Shown: piece by piece, positions 32,845-48,672 of the stretch | How positions within the stretch are numbered: position 1 is the first letter of the stretch | Layout: each line of letters opens with the position of its first letter | Assembly: GCF_009914755.1 (NCBI RefSeq) | Contig: NC_060930.1 | DNA: 64,000 bases | Source of the DNA: the human T2T-CHM13v2.0 reference genome, Homo sapiens | Strand: one strand, 5' to 3' | Position numbers and translations under genes: made by a program | Notes under the pieces: generated by a model | What the model saw: only the letters and a program-made list of their open reading frames with translations | Database searches by the model: none | What the model was told of the DNA's origin: nothing

Positions 32845-33131
32845 GGCTGGGCATGGTGGCCCACACCTATAATTCCAGCACTTTGGGAAGCTGAGGCAGG
32901 CGAATCACCTGAGGTCAGGAGGCCAACATGGCAAAACCCTATCTCTACTAAAAATACAAAAATTAGCTGGGCGTGGTGGCAGGTGCCTGTAATCCCAGCT
33001 ACACAGGAGGCTGAGGCAGGAGAATCACTTGAACCCGGGAGCGGAGGTTGCAGTGAACCGAGATTGCGCCATTGCACTCCAGCCTGGGTGACAAGAGCGA
33101 AACTCCGTCTCAAAAAAAAAAAAAAAAAAAA
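32845..33131 (+). mobile_element. AluS SINE in Tigger1
   Basis: TSD GCTACTCCAG; short internal deletion. Confidence 0.93.
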
Positions 33132-34502
33132 GCTACTCCAGTGAATACATGAATGATAAGAAACAGCCTTACTGCTGACGTGGAGAAAGTTTCAGTGATC
33201 TAGACAGAGGAATTCCCTTAACCAAAGCCTAATCCAGAGCAAGGTCGTAACTCTCTTCAATTCTATGAAGGCTGAGAGAGGTGAGAAAGCTGCAGAAGAA
33301 AGATTTGAAGCTAGCAGTAGGTTCGTAAGATTTAAGGAAAGAAACCATCTCCATAACATAGTTCAAGGCAAAGCAACAATTGCTGATACAGAAACTGCAC
33401 CAAGTTATCCATAAAATCTGGCTAAAATCATTGATGAAGGTGAATCTAAGCAACAGTTTATCAATGTGGACAAAACAGTCTTCCAATGGAAGACTATACC
33501 ATAGATATCTCTTTATTGGAGATGCCACATAGGACTTTCATAGTTGGAGAGAAGGCAAAGCCTGGCTTTAAAGCTTCAAAAATCAGGATGACTCACTTAT
33601 TAGGGACTAATACAGCTGAAGTTGAAGTTGATGCTCATTTGCCATTCTGAAAATTTTATGGCCCTTAAGAATTACGCAAACTACTCTGCTCATGCTCTAT
33701 AAATAGAAAAACATGCCTGGATGACAGCGTATCTGTTTACAGAAGGGTTTAATAACTATTTTAAGCTCACTATTGAGATTGCTCAGAAAAAAAAAGATTT
33801 ATTTCAAAATATTACTGCTATTGGCAATGTACCTAGTCCAAGAGCTCTGATGGAGAGGTACAAGCAAATCAATGTTTTTTTCATTCCTAATAGCATAACA
33901 TCCGTTCTGTAGCCCATGGAACAAGGTGTAACTTCAACTTTCAAGTATTATTATTTAAGAAATACATTTTGTAAGGCTACAGCTACCATCAATAGTGATT
34001 CCTCTGATGGATATGGGTAAATTCAATTGAAAATATTCTGGAAAAAATTCACCAAAAAATTCACCATTCTAGATACCATTAAGAACATTCATGATTCATG
34101 GGAGGAGGTCAAAATATCAATATTAACAGGAGTTTGGAAGAAGGTGATTCCAAACCCTCATGGATGACTTTGAAGGGTTGAGGACTTCAGTCCAGGAAGT
34201 AACTGCAGATGTGGTGGAAATAGCAAGAGAATTAGAAGTGAAGCCTGAAGATGGGACTCAATTGCTGCAATCTCATGAGCAAACTTGAATGAATGAGGAG
34301 TTGCTTCTTATGGATCAGCAAAGAAAGTGGTTTCTTGAGGCAGAATCTACTCCTGGTGAAGACACTGTGAACACTATTGAAATGCCAACAAAGATTTAGA
34401 ATATACATAGGACTTAGTTGATAAAGCAGCAGCGGGGCTTGAGAAGATTAACTCCAATTTTGAAAGAAGTTCTACTGTGGGTAAAATGCTAACAGCATCA
34501 CA

Positions 34503-34666
34503 GGCTGGCTCCAGTGGCTTGCACCTATAATCCTAGCTACTCAAGAGGCTGGGGCAGAAGGACTGCTTGAGTCCAGGAGTTCTGGGTGGTAGTGAACTAT
34601 GATTGTGCCACTGTGCTCCAGCCCAGGCAACAGAGCAAGAAACTATCTCTCTTTTTTTTTTTTTTA
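34503..34666 (+). mobile_element. Alu monomer (FLAM/FRAM-like) in Tigger1
   Basis: Single diverged arm ending in a T run. Confidence 0.75.
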
Positions 34667-34862
34667 AATCACATACTATAGCTAAATCTTTCAAGAAAAG
34701 AAATGAATTGATATGGCAAACTTCACTGTTGTTTTATTTTAAGAAATTGCCACAGCTACTCAAATCTTCAGGAACCACCACCCTGATCAGTCAACAGCCA
34801 TCAACATCAAGGCAAGACCCTCTACCAGCATAAAGATTATGACTCGCTGAAGGCTCAGATGA

Positions 34863-35236
<374 letters not shown>

Positions 35237-36029
35237 TAAGGTGTATACATTATTCTTTTAGACATAATGCTATTGCACACTTAATAGACTACAGTATAAT
35301 ACAAGCATAACTTTTATATGCACCAAGAAGCCAAAACATTTCTCTGACTTGACTTATTGCAATACCTGCTTTATCGTGGAGGTTTGGAACTGAACCCACA
35401 GTATCTCCAAGATATGCCTGTAACCACCAGACACATTTAAACATAATTCCAAATAGACTGTGGGAACCGAGTAGACAAAGGGAAGAAGGGGAACTGAAAC
35501 ACTTCATTTTCGTTATAAATCCTTCTGTACTGTTTGATTTTGTAATCATGTGCATATAGTATAGTGTTTTGAAAGTTATTCAAAGGTTTGTTTTTAACTG
35601 GCAACCTGCTTTATTTACTAACAATTTCTTTAGAGTCAACTCTATTGATATAATTCTAGTTCATTTTCTTAACTGTACATAGTAATAATTGCCCAACTAT
35701 ACAATCACTAACTTATCCATTATAATACTGATAAGCATTTAGTTTGTTTCTGAAGTTTCTCTATGAAAAGCAATAGCACAATGAAAAACTCCTATCCCCA
35801 ATCTCCATGGTGCCTCTGATATCCTAGGATGAGAACATCCCCAGCGAAAAAGAATCTGCCTCTCTCTAGAACAGAAAATTAGGTTTTGTCTGGTGGAAGA
35901 TTCAAGAAACTCAACAAGTTTCAAAAAGTTGTAGAGAAGCATTTTCAGAGGTGTTAATAGTTACAATGCCATGTATATAGCAACAACCTGATAAAAAATA
36001 AAAACAAAAAAAATAAAAACTCCTATCTA

Positions 36030-36341
<312 letters not shown>

Positions 36342-36994
36342 CCTCCTATCTACTCACACATGTGCAAAATTTTAATCTGTTCGGTTGTCTTCAAACTTTT
36401 TACATTATGTTCCCCCAAAGAATTCTTGGTTTAAAACATAAACTCCAGATTTTATATGGATTTCATCAGTTTTTCATTAATACCCTCTTTTTGTTTTAGG
36501 ATCTCATCCAGGACGACAATGCATTTAGTTGTCGTATCTCCCCAGTCTCAAAGGCTGTTTTTCACTTACACTCAGGAGATACTTGTTTAAGCACGGTCAT
36601 TTGTATAAATTTAACCAAAACATTTAACTTCTCTGATTCTCAGGTCTGTTTGCTGTAGAATGAGGAAATACCGCTATCTGAGAATATCTAATAAGATAAT
36701 AATATGAAAAGGCCCTATAAACTGTTTTCATACTGGGAGTGTATATTTGCTTAATACATATTATTCACAAGCTAGTCAAGGATCTAAAATGTCTTCTCTT
36801 ATAAAATGTCCAGAGAGAATTAAAATTCTCTTCCCCACCCCAACCCGCCAAATATGTAACTTCATCTTTATAACTACATGGAGAACCCAAAGACTCGACA
36901 TGTTCATAAAGGACTTACATATAATGTTTGAGAAGCCCCAAGGAAAAAAATCACAATGTAAGTCTAAAGAAGTGATAATATAAAATGTATTTAA

Positions 36995-37339
<345 letters not shown>

Positions 37340-38299
37340 TAATAATTATTAAGAGAGAAACTAAAGCCAATTTCTAATTCCTTAATATCTACTACCATTT
37401 CTATTTTTTGTTTTTTCATTCATCTATTTAATTTTTATATTTAAGGAATAATCTGAGCATTATTAGCAGAATGATGACATGGAATTAACAATATGAGTAC
37501 CCTATTAAAATTTTTATAATTCTATAAACAATCAAAATTATATTTTCTGATATCCATGGACAATGAGCAACAATTTTCTTAGCTCTATGAATTTAAGTAC
37601 CACTTTTCTTAAAACTCTTAGGGAAAAAATGTAAGTCAACCTTTTAAATTTGGTAACGGGAAACTCAGCCAATAACACTTTAACAAAGTGTAGCATGTAA
37701 GATTTTAATAAATATTTTTGTTTGGGCTTTAATACTACTAGTTTTATACATGTATATATATATACATATATACACAAACTATGAACATCCTAGTAGGATT
37801 CAACCACTGAGAATTATATCAAATATTGACTCCTAACTGCCAGCTAGACTCTAACAGGACATTAAGACAAAGACATCTTTTAGGACAAAGCATGAGCTCA
37901 TGGGAACGTACTAATTTATCTGATATAGCACAGTGCCCTACTTTTTAGTAGCAAGACCTTTCCCTTGCTTTACACACATTACACCCATTGATATCCATGG
38001 GAGCCTGATGCAGGAAAGGAGCACCATGTGGCCTCTTGGAAGGGAAAAATTTATGTCTGCTTTTGAATGTTGTTTGCCACCTGGAAGCCAGCCAAACCAA
38101 TATAAACATCCCCATTCATAAAGCACTGGATAATTCTTTGTCTTCAGTAAATTCCAGACTTTTGAAAAGGTCAAATTCAATTCGAGAAAAGGGAAATCAT
38201 TATACTTTAAGAAGGCCCAGAACACAGAAAGAATATCATACATTAAAAGATAGTACAGTACTGACAAATAATCCAAAATACTGTAGCTGAGATGAAAAT

Positions 38300-38510
38300 C
38301 TGCAATAATAGCTGCCATTTGGGGGCTGTTTTTAATGTGTTAAGCATTGAGCTAAATGCTTTACATAAATCATCCCATTTGATTCTCACAAAAATCAGGG
38401 AAGTGGATGTTATCCATATTTTGCAGGTGAGGAAAGTCAATCTTAGGTTAACTGGCAGAACCAAAACTGTAAAACCCTGTGCTCCTAAAATACTACAGCG
38501 TACCTACCAT
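38300..38510 (-). mobile_element. MIR
   Basis: CTAAATGCTTTACAT...ATATTTTGCAGGTGAGGAAAG core. Confidence 0.6.
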
Positions 38511-40904
38511 TAACTGTAGAACAAGGGCAATAATATTAGCCAAGTGTCTGGATATAGCCTATTCCTTGGGAAATCACTTTTAAAATTTATGCTGCAATCT
38601 TACTTGGTAACTTTGCTTAGTTTTCCATCGGCGTTGTTTTTTTCTTTCTTAATATCTATCATAGTGACACTATTGATTAAATACACCTTCAGTTTCTTAA
38701 ATGTTAAGGAGACTGCAAAATATGAAAAAGAACAATAGAATAGCCTTTAATGGGACCATGTGAGTACAAGCATCTTCCATTTAACCTAACTACCACCATT
38801 TTCTTTTGATATAATTATCAAACTTTTCACGCAATCATTTTCTGCACTGCCAGAGGCAGAGCTCCCTTTCAATAAAAAAGATATGAGGAGATGCTTTTCC
38901 AACTCGTACAACCCCTGATATGAATCTTACAGGCAGACCAGGCTGGCCAACAAAGTCAACTCCCATCCTGACAGACCAAGAGTTCAAATACTTTAATACT
39001 GTGGTAACCCCGACCTTTTACATTATTCTAAGATGCCTTCTGTTAAAGCTTAGAACAACTCCCTAGGGAGCAGTGCCACAGGAATTTCTGTAGTTCATGG
39101 AAAAATCTGAAAAGCACAGATACAATTTCTTTGTAACCCAATCTCCAAAAATGGGAGATTTGAAGTGAAGGGAAGATTTGTGTTAGAAATGAAGGCAGCT
39201 TTCCCATCACATAAATGAAAGCAAAGAACAAAGGTCAAGGGTCACCACCCCATTTCACTGAATCTAAAGTCCTCAATACCAAACATATGACCAAATTCAG
39301 TCTTCCAAATTGTTACAATTTAGCTGGCTATCTTTACTGAGTAAATTTGAATATACTGTTTAAATCATAGATTTCATTTACAAAATCAAACTACCAAGAC
39401 ACAGGATACACTAAGGTGTATATATTGCATAATTAAGTAGTAAAACATCCCAAGGGCTCCAACCACAATTAGATTTTTACCGTAAGGATTGAATGCATGG
39501 TAATCAGATAGATCATCTGTGACTCTGCAATGAGAAGGATTTACACAATTTCCAAATTCTGAAAACCAGGTTATTGCAATGCCTCTGAAATACAGTTCTA
39601 GGAAAAGCTGTTGTTAAGTAAGATTAAAAATAAATGTTAAAAAAAAATTTAAGGTAATTATGACCCTAGTTTCACAGAGATAACTGTTTTGGTATTACTA
39701 AAATTTATTATTGATACTATATACTGATTTAAAGAGAAAGAAATAACAAGAAATATTATATTGCTTGCTCCAAAGAAATCTTAATATATCTTAGCCTCTT
39801 TTGACAATTAAAATCTGCTGAGGCTCAATACAGGTTTACCTAAAATTCCACTGCAATAGTACATTTTTTAAGGCCACATCATAGAAGAGACAATGCTCTA
39901 ACGACCACGCTAAAGAAGTTCCATTAAATACATATGCACAGAGGAAATGAACATAACTGTATTAAGCCAAACTATAATCCTCCCCAGATCTTGTTAGAGT
40001 AAGCCTTTATTCTGTTGATAATAATTATCAGTAATCCCTTACATACAAGAACACTTCTCGCCCATTACTGATTCATAAAAAGTAGAATCAGCAAGTTTTG
40101 CTACTATAGTGTCATTTCAAGCTGTCATTTCAGGCTGAGGTTGCTTAACTAATTTTGAACTCACTTTACAAGATGTAAAAATTATATCCCTTTTAATTCT
40201 AAATTTTTCATTAAATTTCATTTAGGGTACAAAATTGTGAGTGTTCTGATTATATAAAGATCATTTCCATATTTTTAATTTTATATTTAATTTTAAACAT
40301 TTAAATAAATATATATTCTACAAATCATCATTTATTCATTAAAATTACTCAGATTACTTTTGTCTGTAAAACAAGGTCTAAACAACTGACAGAGTTCTCA
40401 AGCTAAGTTGATAAATAATTCATAAATCATGTGCATCATGCAGTTTCTAAAGAAACTGAATCATCTGGGACTGGGGAAACAAACGAGGCAGCCAAGAGTT
40501 TTGATTTCCTATGTGGGTGTCAGCAAATCAAATACCTTCCTTATGACTGAGTTAGTTTATATAGAAACAAGGTAAAATACAAGGTCTTTGGAAAATCACA
40601 TTCACTATTGGAAGACAAAATTTCCATGTTATCTTAAAAAATAAAACTGAACTTACTATTAACTGAAATTTGAAGTTAATATCACCATGGAGTCAAAATA
40701 CTATCCCTGAACTACTACAGTAGTTATACCAGCTCTTAAGTAAAAACAAACAGATTCACATTAAAAACAAACAAAAAAAAACACCTTCAGTATTTCCTAG
40801 TTAAGCAGAATGATTAAAGAGCAAAACAACTGGTTAAACTATCAATTTGGTTAAATGATTTTTATTGAATAAGACAAGCATGGGATGTCACTTTTCAAAG
40901 AACT

Positions 40905-41095
40905 ACAATAAGCTGCTAACATTTATTATCTACCACGTGCCTACTGGCACCATTCTAAGAGTGTAACTTAAATTAATCCTCAAAACAGGCAGGTACTAGT
41001 ATCATTCCCATTTCAGAGAAAAGGAAACTGATACACAGATGGGATACACGCTTTGCCCAGATTTAAACAGTTGGGAAGTGGCATATTTTGTTCTA
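40905..41095 (-). mobile_element. MIR
   Basis: ATTCCCATTTCAGAGAAAAGGAAACTGA core. Confidence 0.6.
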
Positions 41096-41994
41096 AAACC
41101 AATACTGAATACAATGTAATGATTATTTGATGATTCAGAAAGGAATAGAATATTTAGTCCCAAATACAGACTCTTTCTGAAGTTAAATCATGACTGTACA
41201 AAAATGTAGACATCACATAGACACAGATATCCCAAATCTCCCCGTAAGAAATTGCTTTGCATTTCCCTGAAGGACCCTGACAGTGCTGACATGCAAACCT
41301 CATTAGGATGGGGGTAAGTGACAAGGTTCTGATTTCAAAACAGTGGACTTTCTGAATTCATAAGACTGAGAATAACAGTGTAACAACCAGTTGATTTAGT
41401 CACTATCAAATTATTTTCACATCTCATCTTCTAAAAAGTTTTAAATAAAAAATATCATTTTCTCCCCCACTTTCCCATAAATGAGGCAAAATTTAAAAAT
41501 ATATATTCTGTGCAAACACTTAAAGTATGTTATTCTAGTTAAGTTATTGCCCAATCTACAAAATACTCCAGTGGAAAATGGGGTGATAGTGAGCTAGCCC
41601 CAAACTCTGAAAATTAAACCCATAAACACATAGTAGGAGAGATTAAGACAGTGACATACAAAAAGAGCAAAATCTTCCAAGCAAAAGCAGAAAGCAATAT
41701 TGGAAAATCAAAGGAAGACTGGACTAAATGCAAGGAAAGCTGTGGCCTAATCAATGGTATTAACATAATCCAAAGGAAGAATGTGTAAACAGCTACAGCT
41801 GGAGAATGAATGGTAGTGTGGAGTAGAGAAAAGAGAGGCCCTAAAAGCAAGCGTGTGGCAGTGTTCATCAGCCATGCTGACCATAAAGGGAGCCCTGAGC
41901 AGCTGCTACTAACCATCTGGTTGCTGGGCAAGAATAACTATTTGGCAGAGGTGGATCCAACAGGCCATCATTACTTGATGGTAAAGATGACAAT

Positions 41995-42210
41995 GATGAT
42001 AATAATGACAACAACTTGTATTGTGCAGTAAACTTTTTGCCAGGCATAACATTAGGCCTTTAACATACATCAATTGACTTAACCCTTAGACAAAACCAAT
42101 GACATATTATCCCTATTTTATAGACAAGGAAGATGACGCTCACAGAAGCTAAGAAACTTGACCAAGGTCACTCCATAAGTGACAGAGCCATGATTTGAAC
42201 CCAGATATGA
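41995..42210 (-). mobile_element. MIR
   Basis: CCTATTTTATAGACAAGGAAGATGACGCTCA...CCAAGGTCAC...GATTTGAACCCAG. Confidence 0.7.
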
Positions 42211-42229
42211 GTCTATATAATAAACCTAT

Positions 42230-43200
<971 letters not shown>

Positions 43201-43430
43201 CATAATTCCTATTACTTCCAATTCCAGGCATACTATGGCTTCTCATACAGATTTTCTGATAGAAAAAAATGTACTAGTCTTCTATCCAACATGAATGTCC
43301 AAACCACTTGGCTGTTGAATTCTTTTCACTATACGTTAATAAACAAGTTCTGGTTTAAACATCAGGCACCTTGGAGTTTGTTTACCTAGAAAGGGTGAGT
43401 CTCCCTGGGCTAAGAACCAGACCCTGAGCT

Positions 43431-43440
43431 ATGACGTCAT
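43431..43440. promoter_or_regulatory. Palindromic CRE/ATF motif ATGACGTCAT
   Basis: Exact motif match only; no functional evidence. Confidence 0.3.
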
Positions 43441-45327
43441 CCAAGTAACACCCCATGACTTCTGGCCCACCTACCCAAGCCCTAACAAAGTCCACAACTG
43501 TTTGTTATAGTTTCTTTTGAAAAACAGTACTTTGTTTAAAAAAAAAAAACCAACTGAGATTGTCCGTGCTGCTACTTTTTTCTCAAAAATACAAAAGTCT
43601 ATAGGAATCGTTTATATTTGCTATTAAATACTCCAGCAATAAAGTTTGAGGACAAAAAGCGTTGAGAGACATGAAACATGAAAAGTTTGAAATAAAAACA
43701 AACCACAGTAATAATAAAACTTAATGCAGTGGGAAAAAAATGTAAAATTCATGTTTTCCATTCTTATTTTTTAAATCATGGAGAAGAAAGGGTAAAAAAT
43801 GATTTACCATTTATCTAATATGTTGTAATTGTTTCCTAAATGAAAATAATAAAATTATCCACAATTGAGCTAACCCAACATTCCTTTAATAAAGAAGACT
43901 ACGGATGTGGCTACTTAGATTCAGCATAAAATATCATTCTATTTACTTTTTGCTATTCAAATTAAATTTGATTTCCCACAACTAGTAAGATGTATTCTAC
44001 AATTTGTTTTCCTGCAGTAAGATTCAATTGAGAGGTTAAAATAAATGAACCAGTGAAACTTTTATAATCAGCAGATGGAGCACAAGCTAATAATAGAAAC
44101 TAGACAACATTTCCTCCCACCTGCTGGTATTCTGTGTTTATCAGTCAGTGATAACTTCAGTAATTTGTGAATAATGGCTAGTGGGCAAATTTGTTGCATG
44201 AGTCTGGTGTAAGTCTGGTTTATATTGGACTGCCTAATGTGAATCCCACAGTGCGGTGCAGCCTTCCTCATCACCCACACTGCCCTCCATGGTCATCTGT
44301 AATGTCAAATCACTCAGCATCTGATGGCAAAGGGAACAGCTGGGAGGCAGGATTGTGTGAGGACTCTACACTATTGACTCACTCCTCTCAAACCTCCCCA
44401 CCTTCTCTTGAAAGGCACTCATCCCTCTTCTGCCCTGTGATCTGCTTCTTGGTGCTCTCCCTTAAGCCTCCAAGATACTACCGCACCCCAAATTCTTTCT
44501 CTGTCTCCCACTCCAAAGTCAATCTCATCAGTCACAAAGTATTCAAGGAATGGGTCTGGTATCAGGGAACAAATCTCAACTGCCCCTCCCCGAGTGAGGC
44601 ATAACTTCTGAATGCTCCAATCATCTTTTTCTGTCAGGGCATCAGTCAGGGTGCTAGCTAGAGTCTCAGGGGTATACAAATCTTTCAAACACTATTAAAC
44701 AACCTTATTTCACAACCTAACCATTTGAGTGGTAGCATAAATTAAATTTAATAATGAATATTGCCATCTTATGATGATTATATTCTTATATAGTCAAACA
44801 TTAGAAACCAAAGAAATTAGAGCCTGCAATATACTATCTCTCATAGTTCTACCTGAAAGAAAAAATGTAAAGCATTAAAATATTTAATAAATTTTTGGCT
44901 GATGCCTGCACACATTTAATTTAATCTCCCACCTTCCACATAGATCATTGATAAAATCATAGTAAACGTAACCATTCATGATTCATTCTGTGGCAAGATA
45001 CTCAATAAAGCTTAATTATGTTTACCACCTTGAACTAGAACAAGAAAAGAAACTGATATATTTTAGACAGATTTTCAATCACAAGGGTATAACTTTTAAA
45101 TAATCTTCTTTCTGCTTCATTTTCCCCTAAGAAATTATATGAACAACTTAAATTTTGATATGCAAATTTTTAGGAATTTTAAATATAGCATTTTTACCTA
45201 TCGGTATTACTTTATTATTTTTGTCTCCTAGTAGCACTAAACGTGTTGGCCTATAGAAAATAAAAGGATGACAACCCGTACTTTCAGTAAACAGTTAAAG
45301 AGCAAATTTTAGTTATAATATATTTAT

Positions 45328-45600
45328 GGGCCAGGTAAAGTGGCTCACACCTGTAATCCCAGCACTTTGGGAGGCCAAGGCAGAAGGACTGCTTGAAGCC
45401 AGAAGTTCGAGACCAGCTTGGACAACATAGCAAGACCCCACCTCTATAAAAAATTAGCCAGGCATGGTGGCACGTTCCAGCTACTTGGAAGGCTGAGATG
45501 AAAAGATCGCTTGAGCCCAGGAGTTCAAAGCTGCAGTGAGCTATGACTGTGCCACTGCATTCCAGCTTGGGTGATAGAGCAAGACTCCCATCTCTTAAAA
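45328..45600 (+). mobile_element. AluJ SINE
   Basis: Diverged Alu dimer. Confidence 0.9.
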
Positions 45601-46128
45601 ATATATGTATTATATCTACACACAACATGATACCACCCCTTCCAGAAATGGCGGCATTTTATAGTAATACACTGAGACTATGTCAGTTATTCATAACACA
45701 CCCAAGTATAAACATCTGAATTCTAAGGAGTTTCTTGTTCAACCATGTGTAAAAGTTCATAAATTCTATGTTAAAAATCTTATGTTCCTACCTTTTAAGA
45801 ACCTAATAATTTGCAAATCCCCTTCTGAAATATGTGATCATATTTGCAAATCCTCTTCTGAAATATGTGGTATGTAATGTTAAAGCAGTGAGGGACATCA
45901 GATGTAACATAATGCAAACTACACACCACATACACTAAACACCCACCACCCCTACCAAAATTAAAAGGCAAATGATTTGCTCAGGGTCTCACAGGGAAAA
46001 AAAAAAAAGGCAGTATCAGGGTAACTCCAGGTATCCTGACTCCAAATGTGTTTTATTCCTCCTGCTACATCATGTCATCTTCATTAAGAAGAACAAGATA
46101 CAGCCTCCTTTCAGGCTGGAACACCTCA

Positions 46129-46592
<464 letters not shown>

Positions 46593-47095
46593 TCAGCTGA
46601 CACCAGGGAGGGATCCAGAGAAAAGCCAGGTCCTCTCCCCCTGCTACCAGAAGGAAATGGGCCATGGACCCAGCTCTGGATTTTCTGAATGGAATGAAGT
46701 AAAACGTCAGGATGCTATAGCATCAACAATATTATGCCTTGGTTTCCTAACAGAACATGTTAAGGAAATGTGCTATTATGAGATCCATTTAAGCCCATTT
46801 AAAAAGAAACTGTGAAGCAAATCCATTTGTAAATTGGATACTATCTTTCATTTAAAATGGAGAAGAAAAAAACAAAGCTTAAAGTTAACTACCAGCTGAT
46901 GATGAAACTGTGTCAGCCTTATTTTCCCATTTGCCTGGTAAACACAAGGTGACCTGCCAAAGGTCTTTCTCATTTTCACCAACCACAATCTGATATATCA
47001 ATGTCAAGACCACTTTGAAAACAAGAGAAAGCACTCACTTCTTTATTAATAGATAAAGTGATTAGAAATATAAGTTCCTTGATAAGACAAAAGCA

Positions 47096-47498
<403 letters not shown>

Positions 47499-48023
47499 TT
47501 AAACAGCTTACTTAATTTTATATCAGGCTTTTCTTGTTGTTTGTTTGAAACTGAAATCACTCCCTTAAAAATAAACTCAAATGTTTTTCTACTGGCTAAA
47601 AAAAGACAGAAGTGAAAGAAATGTCTTAATCAGGTCATAACTCATTCTAATTAAGATGAAAATTTACTAATAAATCTAAAATAAAATTTTTCAGAAAAAC
47701 ATCTAAAAAGAGTAAACCTGAAACATAAACTGTATTCTATAGGAGGAGAAAACATTCTGAGGTAAATCTTATAAGGGATGAAATATTTCAAATGAGAGAT
47801 CTAAACTAAGATTTACTTGCCAATAAAACAGCTTTTAATATTCTGAAACATGTGTGCTAAATAAAGTAGACAAATGTCTTAAATGTGGGACATTATTGAA
47901 AATCTCAAATTCTGCCATAAAACACTGGAATAAAACAGTCTTGAATATCAAACCTCACAATATACTACCATATTACAACCCTAGATGCAAATATTCTCAT
48001 TTAATTTAAAATGTCCACTTAAC

Positions 48024-48672
48024 GAGAAATAGGAACACTTTTACACTGTTAGTGGGACTGTAAACTTGTTCAACCATTGTGGAAGTCAGTGTGGTGATTC
48101 CTCAGGGATCTAGAACTAGAAATACCATTTGACCCAGCCATCCCATTACTGGGTATATACCCAAAGGACTATAAATCATGCTGCTATAAAGACACATGCA
48201 CACGTATGTTTATTGCGGCACTATTCACAATAGCAAAGACTTGGAACCAACCCAAATGTCCAACAATGATAGACTGGATTAAGAAAATGTGGCACACATA
48301 CACCATGGAATACTATGCAGCCATAAAAAAGGATGAGTTCATGTCCTTTGTAGGGACGTGGATGAAATTGGAAATCATCATTCTCAGTAAACTATCTCAA
48401 GAACAAAAAACCAAACACCACATGTTCTCACTCATAGGTGGGAATTGAACAATGAGAACACATGGACACAGGAAGGGGAACATCACACTCTGGGGACTGT
48501 TGTGGGGTGGGGGGAGGGGGGAGGGATAGCATTAGGAGATATACCTAATGCTAAATGACGAGTTAATGGGTGCAGCACACCAGCATGGCACATGTACACA
48601 TATGTAACTAACCTGCACATTGTGCACATGTACCCTAAAACTTAAAGTATAATAATAATAATAAAATAAAAT
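48024..48672 (+). mobile_element. 5'-truncated L1PA2/3-type element (about 650 bp)
   Basis: ORF2 C-terminus (48206-48448), L1PA 3' UTR, TSD AAAATGTCCACTTA on both sides. Confidence 0.95.

Noticed and set aside
32700-34500. Possible domesticated Tigger transposase gene
   Set aside because: Interrupted by an Alu and by many stops and frameshifts.
44191-44688. Overlapping 137-aa and 89-aa ORFs in non-repeat DNA
   Set aside because: Non-ATG starts, no recognisable domain and no convincing splice boundaries; consistent with chance.
46895-46995. TGATGA...CTGA spacing resembling a C/D box snoRNA
   Set aside because: No terminal stem and no recognisable rRNA or snRNA guide.
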